The notes under the pieces are model-generated. The model did no database searches. It was not told the DNA's origin and saw only the letters and a program-made list of their open reading frames with translations. The position numbers and the translations under genes were made by a program. From contig CANJLK010000007.1 of NCBI GenBank assembly GCA_947475465.1, positions 41,559 through 105,558 on the forward strand: 64,000 nucleotides of DNA. The letters run 5' to 3'. The stretch comes from Caulobacteraceae bacterium (GTDB lineage: Bacteria; Pseudomonadota; Alphaproteobacteria; Caulobacterales; Caulobacteraceae). Shown piece by piece: positions 1 to 8,323 of the stretch (positions within the stretch are counted from its first letter, which is position 1; every line of letters starts with the position of its first letter).

Positions 1-322
1 GATGCTGCTGCAGCAGTTCATGGGCGAGAAGTTCGGCCGCGACAACATCTGGGAAGGCCACCTGGCCTCAGAACTTTGGACCACCAACATGGAGGTCCGC
101 GCCGTCCTCGACGAGCAGCAGATCGGCCTCAAGAAGGTGTTGGATATGAAGGTCGGCGACACCTTCATGCTCAACGCCACCCCCGACAGCCTGATCGAGC
201 TTCGCGCGGGCACGATACCGCTCACCCGCGGCCGCATGGGCCGCCGCAACGCCCACATCGCCGTCCGCGTGGAGGCGCCCCTGACGCCTCACGCCCGGCA
301 AGCCGTCACGAGGACCGCATGA
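1..322 (+). CDS. fliM: Flagellar motor switch protein FliM, C-terminal part (5'-truncated by window)
   Basis: LLQQFMGEKFGRDNIWEGHLA motif typical of alphaproteobacterial FliM, followed by a SpoA/FliMN_C-like segment (MKVGDT...RGRMGRR...IAVRV); flagellar context. Confidence 0.92.
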   Translation, partial: MLLQQFMGEKFGRDNIWEGHLASELWTTNMEVRAVLDEQQIGLKKVLDMKVGDTFMLNATPDSLIELRAGTIPLTRGRMGRRNAHIAVRVEAPLTPHARQAVTRTA

Positions 323-855
323 GCGCCGTAGGCCTGATCATGAACCTGCTGCTGGCGGGACTGCTGGTGGCGGCGCTCGGCATGGGCATGCGCCTCAACC
401 GCCGCCTGAAGGCGCTGCGCGACAGCCAGGATGGCTTCGCCAACGCGGTGCGCGAGCTCAACGACGCCGCCGCGCGCGCTGAACAGGGCCTGGCCGACCT
501 GCGCGCCGCCAGCGACGAGGCCCTCGATGTGCTCTCCGAACGTATCTCCACGGGCCGCACTCTGGCCGGCAAGCTCGACCGCCTGATCCAGCAGGCCCCG
601 GAGGCCCCCGCCGCCCCCGCCCGCTACGCGCGCGATCCCGACCTGGACCGGCTGGGCGAGGACCGCATCGGCGAGCGCCGCCTGGGCGCGCTGCTGGCCG
701 CCGCCCGCGAGGCGCGGCCCGACCGACTGGAGCGGGCCGAGCGTCCTGCCCGCCGCGACCCGCCGCCGGTGCAGCGCCCGCGCTTCACCATCGATGACGA
801 CATCTTCGACGACGAGCCCCTGACCCTCGATCGCGTGCGCGGAGCCGGCCGATGA
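319..855 (+). CDS. pflI: PflI-like / DUF6468 bitopic coiled-coil flagellar positioning protein
   Basis: ATG at 319 overlaps the fliM stop (ATGA). N-terminal TM (LLLAGLLVAALGMGM), coiled coil (LNRRLKALRDSQDGFANAVRELN), Pro-rich tail. Position directly after fliM as in Caulobacter. Confidence 0.72.
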   Translation: MSAVGLIMNLLLAGLLVAALGMGMRLNRRLKALRDSQDGFANAVRELNDAAARAEQGLADLRAASDEALDVLSERISTGRTLAGKLDRLIQQAPEAPAAPARYARDPDLDRLGEDRIGERRLGALLAAAREARPDRLERAERPARRDPPPVQRPRFTIDDDIFDDEPLTLDRVRGAGR

Positions 856-1778
856 AGAACATGCCCCGCATCCTGCCGCTGGTCGGCGTCGCCATCGGCG
901 GCGTCCTGGCGATCAACGCCCTGGCCGGCGCCCGCGACCTGCCGGGCCTGCTGTCCGGCGCCCAGGCCTTCGCCGAGAACGCCGCCAAGGCCGTGACCCC
1001 GGCCAAGGGCGACAAGGCCAAGCCCGGCAAGGAAGGCAAGGACGCCAAGCCGGCGGTCCCCGGCGTCGCCGCCACCGGAACCGCGACCGACGCGGCCGCC
1101 ACCCTGCCGCCGCCGACCATCAAGCCGCCCGCCGTCTGCGCCCCCACCGCCGCCGAACTGGCCAAGGAAGCCGGCCTGTCGCCCGCCGAACTCCAGGTCC
1201 TGCAGAACCTCGGCGAACGCCGCGGCCAGCTCGACAAGCGCGAGACCGACCTGTCCACCCAGACCGCCCTGATGGCTGCGGCCGAGGCCAAGGTCGACGC
1301 CAAGCTGAAGGCGCTCACCGCGCTCAAGGCCGACGTCACCGCCCTGCTGGCCCAGGCCGACGGCAAGGAGGCCTCCGAGGTCGACCGCCTGGTGAAGGTG
1401 TTCGAGGGCATGAAGCCCAAGGACGCGGCGCCCCGTTTCGTGCTGCTGGACGACAGCGTCCGCCTGCCCATCGCCGCCAAGATGAAGGAGAAGTCGCTCT
1501 CCGCCATGCTGGCCCTGATGCCGCCTGCCGACGCCAAGAAGCTGACGGAGTCCCTGTCGCGCCGCTTCACCGCGGCCCAGGTGCTCGCCCAGAACGCCAA
1601 CGCGGTGGCCAACGACCAGGCGCCCGCCGCCGACAAGGCCAAGTCTCCCAGGAAGGCGCCGGCCAAGGTCGCCAAGAAGGCCCCGCGCAAGGCCGCGCCG
1701 GCCGACGCCCAGGCCGCCGCCGCGCCGGCCGCCAAGACCCCGCCCGCCGCCACGCCACCGGCGCCCAAGGTCGGCTAG
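852..1778 (+). CDS. motE: MotE family flagellar motility protein (MgtE-N-like C-terminal domain)
   Basis: N-terminal signal/TM, coiled coil LQNLGERRGQLDKRE, motif LVKVFEGMKPKDAA...MKEKSLSAMLALMPP; translationally coupled to pflI. Confidence 0.8.
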   Translation: MKNMPRILPLVGVAIGGVLAINALAGARDLPGLLSGAQAFAENAAKAVTPAKGDKAKPGKEGKDAKPAVPGVAATGTATDAAATLPPPTIKPPAVCAPTAAELAKEAGLSPAELQVLQNLGERRGQLDKRETDLSTQTALMAAAEAKVDAKLKALTALKADVTALLAQADGKEASEVDRLVKVFEGMKPKDAAPRFVLLDDSVRLPIAAKMKEKSLSAMLALMPPADAKKLTESLSRRFTAAQVLAQNANAVANDQAPAADKAKSPRKAPAKVAKKAPRKAAPADAQAAAAPAAKTPPAATPPAPKVG

Positions 1779-1781
1779 GTC

Positions 1782-4724
1782 GTGGCGCTTCGCCAGACCC
1801 TGCGGGCCGGCGTCGCCGCCGTCGCGATCGCCAGCGTCATCGCCCCTTCGGGCGTTGGCGCGGTGGCCGCCGCGCGCGCGGTCGCGGGCGGTCTGCAGGT
1901 CAAGGTGGGACAGGCCGAGACCTTCTCGAAGCTGGAATTCCGCGGCGCCGCGGTCACCGCGACCCGCCGCGCCGGCCAGGTGCTGACCTTCAGCTTCGCC
2001 GGTAACGCCGACCCGGACATCTCCCGCCTTCGGACCGCCCCGCCGCGCTGGATCAAGACGGCCGAGAAGATCCACGCCGGCGGGCGCCTGCAGCTGGCCG
2101 TCACCCTCGCCGACGACGCCGACGCCAAGATCGGGTCGGCGGACGGCGCCACCTTCGTCAACGTCTTCGCCAAGCCGCCGCCCACCGCCGCCGAGATCGC
2201 CGCGGCCAACGCGCCGAAGCCTGAGGCGCCCCGCCCGAACCCGATCCCGGCCGGCGGCGTCGTCCGCATGACCGCCCAGGTCACGCCGGCCCAGGTCGTC
2301 ATGAGTTTCCCCTGGGCCAACCCTGTCGGCGCCGCGGTCTTCCGGCGCGGCGACGCGGTCTGGGTGGTCTTCGACGCGCCCGCGAACCTCGACGTCAGCC
2401 GCGCGCCCAAGGGCCTGCCGCAATACAGCGCCATCCAGGCCCTGCGCGGACCCGATCACACCGCCATCCGCATCGAGGCGGCCCACAACCTGCCGGTCTT
2501 CGCCACCTTCACCGGCAATATCTGGACCATCGCGCTGGGCCCGGGCGACCAGGTCCCGTCGAGCCTCATCCATGTGAGCCGCGACGACACCCAGGGCCCG
2601 GCCGTCCTCAAGGCCGCGGTGGCCGGCGTCACCCACATCGTCCGCCTGACCGATCCCGAAGTGGGCGACACGCTTTCGGTGGTCACCGCGCTCGGCCCCG
2701 CCAAGGGCGTGCCGTCCCGGCGCGACTTCGTCCAGGCCGCGCTTCTGCCCTCGATCCAGGGGCTTGCGGTCCAGGCGCAGGCCGACGACCTCAGCGTCAC
2801 CCACGAAGGTGACCTTGTCAGCATCGGCCGGCCCAAGGGCCTGGCCCTGTCCCCCAACTGGGCGGCCAAGGCCGCGGCCATGGCCGACGCCGATTCTCCG
2901 GCTCCGGCCGCTCTTCCGGGCCTCATCGACCCCAGCTGGAGTCGCACGGGGGAGGGCGGTTTCCTCAAGCGATACAATGCGCTCCTCGATCAGGCTACGC
3001 GGGAGTCGGGAAATGCCGACAAGGCCGCGCCCACCGTGGCGCGCATGGCGCTCGCCAGATTCCTGATCGGCCAGGACCTGTCTTTCGAGGCGATCGGCGT
3101 GCTGAACGACGCCGCGCGCGCCAGCCCGCGGCTGATGGACAACGCCGAGTTTCGCGGCCTGCGCGGCATCGCCCGGGTGATGGCCAGGCGCTACAAGGAA
3201 GCCGCCGCCGACTTCTCTTCACCCGCGCTCTCGGAAGATCCCGCCAGCGCGCTCTGGCGCGGCTACATCGCCGGTCAGCAGGCCCAGTGGACCGAGGCCC
3301 GCGCTGACTTCGCCAAGGGCGCCGGGGCCTTCAACCAGTTCTCCTCGACCTGGAAGTCGCGGTTCGCGCGCGGCGACGCTCTGGCCGCGCTGGCTCAGGG
3401 CGACGCCAACACCGCCGAGGCGCGCATCCGCCTGGCGCTGGCCGACAAGCCCGACGTCACCGAGGAACTGGCCACCCGTCTCGTCCAGGCGCGGATCTTC
3501 GAGCAGGAGGGCCATCAGGACCGGGCGCTCAAGATGTACGCCGCCATCGCCACGGCGCCCTTCGAGTCACTGTCCTCGCCGGCCCTGCTGCGGGCCACCC
3601 AGATCCGCCTGCAGACTGGCCAGGTGACACCGGTCCAGGCCGCCACCGTGTTCGACGGTCTGCGCTACCGCTGGCGCGGCGACGCCACCGAACTGGAGAC
3701 CATCCGCGCGCTCGGACAGCTCTATCTCGTCCAGGGCCGCTATCGCGAGGCGCTGGAGGCGTTGCGCTCGGCCGGCACGCGACTGCCCGACCTGCCCGAG
3801 GCCCTGCAACTCCAGTCCGACCTCAGCACCGCCTTCAGGGCGCTGTTCCTCGACGGCATGGCCGATGGCCTGGAGCCGGTCCAGGCGCTCGCGCTGTTCT
3901 ACGATTTCAAGGAATTGGCGCCGATCGGTTCGGACGGCGACCAGATGGTCCGCAAGCTGGTCCGCCGCCTGGTGGACGTCGACCTGCTGGGCCAGGCCGC
4001 CGAGCTTCTCAAGTACCAGGTCGACAACCGCCTGGACGGGGTGCCCAAGGCCCAGGTCGCCACCGACCTGGCGGTGATCTACCTCATGGACCGCCAGCCG
4101 GAAAAGGCGCTGGAGGCCATCAACGGTTCGCGCACCACCGTCCTGCCGGCGGTGCTGAACAGCGAGCGGCGCGTGATCGAGGCGCGTGGCTGGGCCGGCG
4201 TCGGGCGCTACGACTCCGCCCTGGAGATCATCGAGAGGGACAGCAGCAAGGACGCCGCCGACCTGCGCGCCGAGATCGCCTGGAAGCAGAAGGACTGGCC
4301 CAAGGCCGGACCGACCTTCGAGAAGGCGTTGGGCGACCGCTGGAAGAACCCCGCGCCGCTCACCGCCGAGGAAGAGGGCAAGCTGCTTCGCGCCGGGGTC
4401 GCCTACAGCCTGGCCGGCGACGACGCGGCCCTGTCGCGTCTCAACGGGCAGTACAACGGCTTTTATGCCGCCGCCCACAACCCCGACGCCCTGCGCATCG
4501 CGCTGGCCGGCATGTCGGGCGGGCGCCTCAGCGTCGCAGACTTCGGCCGCGTCAGCGCCGACAACGAGGCCTTCGCCGGCTGGGTCGCCAAGATGAAGGT
4601 CCGCTTCCGCGAGGCCCCCGCGCCCATCGGCAAGGGTCCGGTGAAGACCGCCGCGCCGGCTGCGCCCGCCACCGCCCCCAAGCGCGCCGAAGCCGCCCCG
4701 TCCAAGCCCGCGGCCAAGGGATAG
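1782..4724 (+). CDS. Large periplasmic TPR-like flagellar protein (MotK/CC_2058-like)
   Basis: 980 aa, GTG start, signal peptide, Ala-rich helical repeats (LRYRWRGDATELE, LVDVDLLGQAAELLKYQV); follows motE. Confidence 0.7.
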   Translation: MALRQTLRAGVAAVAIASVIAPSGVGAVAAARAVAGGLQVKVGQAETFSKLEFRGAAVTATRRAGQVLTFSFAGNADPDISRLRTAPPRWIKTAEKIHAGGRLQLAVTLADDADAKIGSADGATFVNVFAKPPPTAAEIAAANAPKPEAPRPNPIPAGGVVRMTAQVTPAQVVMSFPWANPVGAAVFRRGDAVWVVFDAPANLDVSRAPKGLPQYSAIQALRGPDHTAIRIEAAHNLPVFATFTGNIWTIALGPGDQVPSSLIHVSRDDTQGPAVLKAAVAGVTHIVRLTDPEVGDTLSVVTALGPAKGVPSRRDFVQAALLPSIQGLAVQAQADDLSVTHEGDLVSIGRPKGLALSPNWAAKAAAMADADSPAPAALPGLIDPSWSRTGEGGFLKRYNALLDQATRESGNADKAAPTVARMALARFLIGQDLSFEAIGVLNDAARASPRLMDNAEFRGLRGIARVMARRYKEAAADFSSPALSEDPASALWRGYIAGQQAQWTEARADFAKGAGAFNQFSSTWKSRFARGDALAALAQGDANTAEARIRLALADKPDVTEELATRLVQARIFEQEGHQDRALKMYAAIATAPFESLSSPALLRATQIRLQTGQVTPVQAATVFDGLRYRWRGDATELETIRALGQLYLVQGRYREALEALRSAGTRLPDLPEALQLQSDLSTAFRALFLDGMADGLEPVQALALFYDFKELAPIGSDGDQMVRKLVRRLVDVDLLGQAAELLKYQVDNRLDGVPKAQVATDLAVIYLMDRQPEKALEAINGSRTTVLPAVLNSERRVIEARGWAGVGRYDSALEIIERDSSKDAADLRAEIAWKQKDWPKAGPTFEKALGDRWKNPAPLTAEEEGKLLRAGVAYSLAGDDAALSRLNGQYNGFYAAAHNPDALRIALAGMSGGRLSVADFGRVSADNEAFAGWVAKMKVRFREAPAPIGKGPVKTAAPAAPATAPKRAEAAPSKPAAKG

Positions 4725-4740
4725 AGCCCTCTCATAGTGT

Positions 4741-4870
4741 CGTCATGGCCGGGCCAGTCCCGGCCATCCAGAAGCACCGAGGGGAAAGCCCTCGTGCGGC
4801 GCCTCGGTCATCCTTGATGCGCCTGCGCATCCGGATTCCAGGGGCGACACCCCAGGCCCCCCGGAATGGG
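4741..4870. repeat. CGTC-tagged REP doublet A (left arm intact, right arm degenerate)
   Basis: Left arm CGTCAT-GGCCGGG-ccagt-CCCGGCC-ATCCAG at 4741-4771; 59-bp spacer; degenerate right arm ccggattccagggg...ccccggaatggg at 4831-4870. Confidence 0.75.
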
Positions 4871-4998
4871 GGCTGGGCGCCGCGCCCCGGCTGTACCAAA
4901 TTGCAGGGAACAAGCGGAATCGACGTCATCGCCCCGGCCAGCCGTGGGCGCCGGCGAAAGCGGCTCCAAGAAAAACAGACCCCAGGGGAGAGCGACAG

Positions 4999-6252
4999 GT
5001 GACGACGGAACCCGCAGTGTTCGAGGGCCTCAGCGCCGACCGCTTCCTGGATATCGACCTTACCAGCGAGGACCTGCGGCAGAACTTCCGCGCGGTGCTG
5101 TCGCAATGGGCCACACAGCCGCCCTTCTATGTGATGCAGAGCGGCTCGCCCCAGGCCGTGGTCGCCCGCTTCGCCGACGTGCGCGAGGTGCTGGGCAACC
5201 GGGAGCGCTTCTCCAGCGTGCCGCCGCAGCGGGCGGCGGGCAAGTTCCAGAAGTTCATGCCCAGCAAGTTCATGACGGTGACCCCGCCCACCCAGATGGA
5301 AGGTCCCGTCCATTCGCGCATCCGCCGCCTGATCAACCCCGCCTTCTCGCCGGCGGCGATCGACGACTACAAGCCCCGGATTGACGCCACCATCGCCGCC
5401 ATCGTCGCGAAGATGAAGGCCGACGGCCCGCTGGTTGACGGCATGGCCGCCTTCGCCACCCAGCTGATGCCGGCGGTGCTGCTGCAGGACCTCTTCAACC
5501 TGTCGCCCGAGCACGCCCAGATCTTCGTCGACATGAACCGCGCCCTGAAGCTGACCGCGCGCATGCGGCCCGGCGAGGCCTTCCCACCGGAATATCTGGA
5601 GCGGTTCAACCGGGCCGAGGCGGCGATCAACACGATCCTGGCCGAGCGCCTGGCCAATCCGGGCGACGACCTGATCAGCAAGCTGGCCCTGACCGTCGAC
5701 GGGGGCGACCAGCTCACCCGCGAGGACCTGTTCGATCTGGTGTTCACCTTCACGGTCGGGGCGCTGGACTCGACGGCGACCGCCACCGGCGGAGTGCTCT
5801 ACTCCCTGCTCAGCCACCCCGACCAGCTCGAGGAGTTGAAGCAGGACCTCAGCCTTCTGCCCACCGCCATTGAGGAGGGCTATCGCTACCACGGCGCGGG
5901 CTTCCTGCTGTTCACCCGCTACGCCCTGCAGGACACCGAGCTCAACGGTGTGCCGTTCCTGGAAGGGATGCCGGTCTATGTCTGCCATCAGGCGGCGTCA
6001 TACGACCCGGACGTCTATCCCGACCCGCTGCGCTTCGACATCCGGCGCAATCCAGCCAATGTGATGATGTTCGGCGGCGGGATTCATCACTGCGTCGGCC
6101 ACCGCCTGGCGCGAACCGTGATCGAAACCGCGCTCGGCCAGCTCTTCCGCGCCTTCCCCGGCGTGCAACTGGCCGATCCGGCCTTCAAGCCCCGGCTGGA
6201 CGGCGCCAATTCGGAAACCCAGCTGACGACCCTGCCGCTGCGCCTGTGGTGA
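4999..6252 (+). CDS. Cytochrome P450
   Basis: Heme-binding FGGGIHHCVG, ExxR (EGYR), DPLRFD meander, HSRIRRLINPAFS; GTG start after GGGGAGAG. Confidence 0.95.
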   Translation: MTTEPAVFEGLSADRFLDIDLTSEDLRQNFRAVLSQWATQPPFYVMQSGSPQAVVARFADVREVLGNRERFSSVPPQRAAGKFQKFMPSKFMTVTPPTQMEGPVHSRIRRLINPAFSPAAIDDYKPRIDATIAAIVAKMKADGPLVDGMAAFATQLMPAVLLQDLFNLSPEHAQIFVDMNRALKLTARMRPGEAFPPEYLERFNRAEAAINTILAERLANPGDDLISKLALTVDGGDQLTREDLFDLVFTFTVGALDSTATATGGVLYSLLSHPDQLEELKQDLSLLPTAIEEGYRYHGAGFLLFTRYALQDTELNGVPFLEGMPVYVCHQAASYDPDVYPDPLRFDIRRNPANVMMFGGGIHHCVGHRLARTVIETALGQLFRAFPGVQLADPAFKPRLDGANSETQLTTLPLRLW

Positions 6253-6308
6253 CGGACTGGCGCCTTGTTCGTCATGGCTGCGTGAGCGCCAATCCCAATC
6301 CTCCCTCT

Positions 6309-6431
6309 CGTCATGGCCGGGCCTGACCCGGCCATCCAGAAGCACCGAGGGTTGGGCGCTCGCCACAACGCCTCGCCCATGCTCCGAATGTCCGCGCGTC
6401 TGGATCCCCGGGACAAAGGCCGGGGATGACG
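6309..6431. repeat. CGTC-tagged REP doublet B (123 bp)
   Basis: Left arm cgtcatggccgggcctgacccggccatccag (6309-6339), 60-bp spacer, inverted right arm ctggatccccgggacaaaggccggggatgacg (6400-6431). Confidence 0.92.
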
Positions 6432-6468
6432 AGCAAAGAGGGGACGCTGCCCCGTCCCTGATACCCGT

Positions 6469-6593
6469 CGTCATGGCCGGGCCTGTCCCGGCCATCCAGG
6501 TACGCAGGCATCCGCAGGACAAGAATTGAGCCTTGTGCCAAATTCCTTGACACCGGCGCGTCTGGATCCCCGGGACAAAGGCCGGGAATGACG
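6469..6593. repeat. CGTC-tagged REP doublet C (125 bp)
   Basis: Left arm 6469-6499, 62-bp spacer, right arm ctggatccccgggacaaaggccgggaatgacg (6562-6593). Confidence 0.92.
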
Positions 6594-6611
6594 AGCTCAG
6601 GAGGGGGGTTA

Positions 6612-6941
6612 ATGAACGCCGTCTACATGATGGCCAGCGGACAGCATGGGACCCTCTACATCGGCGTGACGAGCGACCTGATCAATCGGGTCGGTCAGCA
6701 CCGTACCGGCGAGATTGAAGGGTTCACCAAACGCCATGGCGTGAAGCGACTGGTCTGGTTCGAGCGGCACGACAGCATCGTCGAGGCGATCCAGCGGGAG
6801 AAGTCGCTGAAGAAATACAAGCGCGAATGGAAAGTGGGGCTGATCGAGCGCGAGAACCCCAAATGGGCGGACCTCTATCCATCGTTCTTCATCGAGGAAG
6901 GGCCGCTCGCCCACCTGCAACCGCCCGAGCCCCACCTATAA
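6612..6941 (+). CDS. Small stand-alone GIY-YIG nuclease (YhbQ/UPF0213/COG2827-like)
   Basis: AVYMMASGQHGTLYIGVTSDLINRVGQHR...GFTKRHGVKRLVWFE...EAIQREKSLKKYKREWKVGLIERENPKWADL; the conserved Tyr, Arg, His, Glu and Asn positions are present; AGGAGG RBS at 6599-6604. Confidence 0.93.
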   Translation: MNAVYMMASGQHGTLYIGVTSDLINRVGQHRTGEIEGFTKRHGVKRLVWFERHDSIVEAIQREKSLKKYKREWKVGLIERENPKWADLYPSFFIEEGPLAHLQPPEPHL

Positions 6942-6951
6942 CCCTCAAACT

Positions 6952-7073
6952 CGTCATGGCCGGGCTTGTCCCGGCCATCCAGACACGCAGGCGCTTGAAG
7001 GACGGCGCGGCGTTGCGTGCGAACTGCAAACCATCGGCGTCTCTGGATGGCCGGGACAAGCCCGGGGATGACG
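6952..7073. repeat. CGTC-tagged REP doublet D (122 bp)
   Basis: Left arm cgtcatggccgggcttgtcccggccatccag (6952-6982), 60-bp spacer, right arm ctggatggccgggacaagcccggggatgacg (7043-7073). Confidence 0.92.
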
Positions 7074-7112
7074 AGGAAGAAAGAGGGAAAGCCGCCCCAT
7101 TTCTACACTCGC

Positions 7113-7143
7113 CGTCATGGCCGGGCCCGTCCCGGCCATGACC
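7113..7143. repeat. Collapsed single-hairpin REP E
   Basis: c-GTCATGGCCGGG-cccgt-CCCGGCCATGAC-c: perfect 12-bp stem carrying the outer ends of both arms. Confidence 0.85.
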
Positions 7144-7158
7144 AGTGGTGTGGGAAAC

Positions 7159-7953
7159 CTATCCCCCCGGGCCGTGCTGGAAACTCTGCACCAGGCTGCC
7201 GCAGACCAGCCGCCAGCCGTCGACCAGGACGAAGAAGATCAGCTTGAAAGGCAGGCTCACCACGGAGGGCGGCAGCATCATCATCCCCATGCTCATCAGG
7301 ACGCTGGCCACCACCAGGTCGATCACCAGGAACGGGATGAACAGCAGGAAGCCGATCTCGAAGGCGCGCTTCAGCTCAGAGATCATGAAGGCCGGCGTCA
7401 CCACGCGGATCGGGGTGTCCATCATCTTCGCGGGCTTGGGGATCTTCGACAGGTTGATGAACAGGGCCAGGTCCTCGCGGTCCACCTGGTTGAGCATGAA
7501 GGCCTTCACCGGCCCGCCGGCCGCGTCGAAGGCGGCGGGCAGCTCCATCTTCTGGTCCAGCAGCGGCTTGATCCCGTTGTCGTAGGACTGCTGCAGGGTC
7601 GGGCCCATGACGATGGCGGTCAGGAACAGCGCCAGCGACAGGATCACCGCGTTGGGCGGCGCCTGCTGCAGGCCAAGCGCCTGGCGCAGCAGTCCCAGCA
7701 CCACCACGATCCGCACGAAGGAGGTGGTCATGATGACGATGGACGGCGCCAGCGACAGCACTGTCATCAGTCCGATCAGCTGCACCACCCGCTCGGTGAG
7801 GCCCGCGCCGGTGCCCAGGTTGATGTTCAGCGCCTGGGCCAGCGCCATGGTCGGGAAGATCATGGTGGCCAGGGTCGCCAGGAACGCCAAGCAAAGGGCG
7901 CGCCGCCAATCCTCGGCGGGCAGAGCGCGGATGGCTTTGAAGAGGCCGCCCAT
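7159..7953 (-). CDS. fliP: Flagellar export pore protein FliP
   Basis: MTVLSLAPSIVIMTTSFVRIVVVL, PPNAVILSLALFLT, PAFMISELKRAFEIGFLLFIPFLVIDLVVASVLMSMGMMMLPP. Confidence 0.97.
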   Translation of the reverse strand: MGGLFKAIRALPAEDWRRALCLAFLATLATMIFPTMALAQALNINLGTGAGLTERVVQLIGLMTVLSLAPSIVIMTTSFVRIVVVLGLLRQALGLQQAPPNAVILSLALFLTAIVMGPTLQQSYDNGIKPLLDQKMELPAAFDAAGGPVKAFMLNQVDREDLALFINLSKIPKPAKMMDTPIRVVTPAFMISELKRAFEIGFLLFIPFLVIDLVVASVLMSMGMMMLPPSVVSLPFKLIFFVLVDGWRLVCGSLVQSFQHGPGG

Positions 7954-8228
7954 CAGGCTTTCCTCTTCGCGGCCGCCACGGACGTCACCACCTGGCCTTC
8001 GCCCAACAGCAGCAGCTGTTCCTGGCCGTCGCACGACACGATCACCAGCCGCCGGGCCGGGTCGAGCACCAGGCTTTCCACGATGGCCAGCCGCCGGTCG
8101 GTCTTGGTCCGGCCGAACCGGGCGATGGCCTCAGGGCCATAGCGACGCAGCGCCACGGCGCACAGGCCCATCAATCCCAGGGTCAGGGCGAGCGCGAAGA
8201 CGGCTCTCAGGAAATCGGGTAATGCCAT
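7953..8228 (-). CDS. fliO: Flagellar biosynthesis protein FliO
   Basis: N-terminal TM, then RRLAIVESLVLDPARRLVIVSCDGQEQLLLLG; coupled to fliP. Confidence 0.9.
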   Translation of the reverse strand: MALPDFLRAVFALALTLGLMGLCAVALRRYGPEAIARFGRTKTDRRLAIVESLVLDPARRLVIVSCDGQEQLLLLGEGQVVTSVAAAKRKA

Positions 8229-8284
8229 GTGACGCTTCTGCGGCCCTGCGGATGATTTGCCGCCGCATCAGGCCCGCGAGTCTC

Positions 8285-8300
8285 TTAAACCCCGGTTAAC
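8285..8300. promoter_or_regulatory. CtrA binding site in the divergent fliO/flgB promoter
   Basis: TTAA-accccgg-TTAAC is a perfect TTAA-N7-TTAAC between two class II flagellar operons. Confidence 0.88.
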
Positions 8301-8323
8301 CCTGTTTATTCACCATGGCGGTC

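Noticed and set aside
624-2804. Long antisense ORFs (e.g. 624-2804, 14441-16282, 38913-40952, 47360-49378, 31520-32989)
   Set aside because: Shadow frames of real genes in high-GC DNA with no recognisable motifs.
6547-6576. TTGACA in the doublet C spacer as the -35 of the GIY-YIG promoter
   Set aside because: No credible -10 element at 16-18 bp spacing; it would fall in the GC-rich right arm.
6309-7143. CRISPR array interpretation of the repeat-spacer pattern
   Set aside because: Repeats alternate in orientation, spacers are homologous to one another, copies are dispersed between genes, and no cas genes are present.
4741-7143. Classical IS or composite transposon
   Set aside because: No DDE, HUH, serine or tyrosine recombinase ORF and no clear target-site duplication.
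5998-7247. Short ORFs containing MAGTGPAMT / WMAGSSPAMT peptides
   Set aside because: These are translations of the REP arms, not independent genes.
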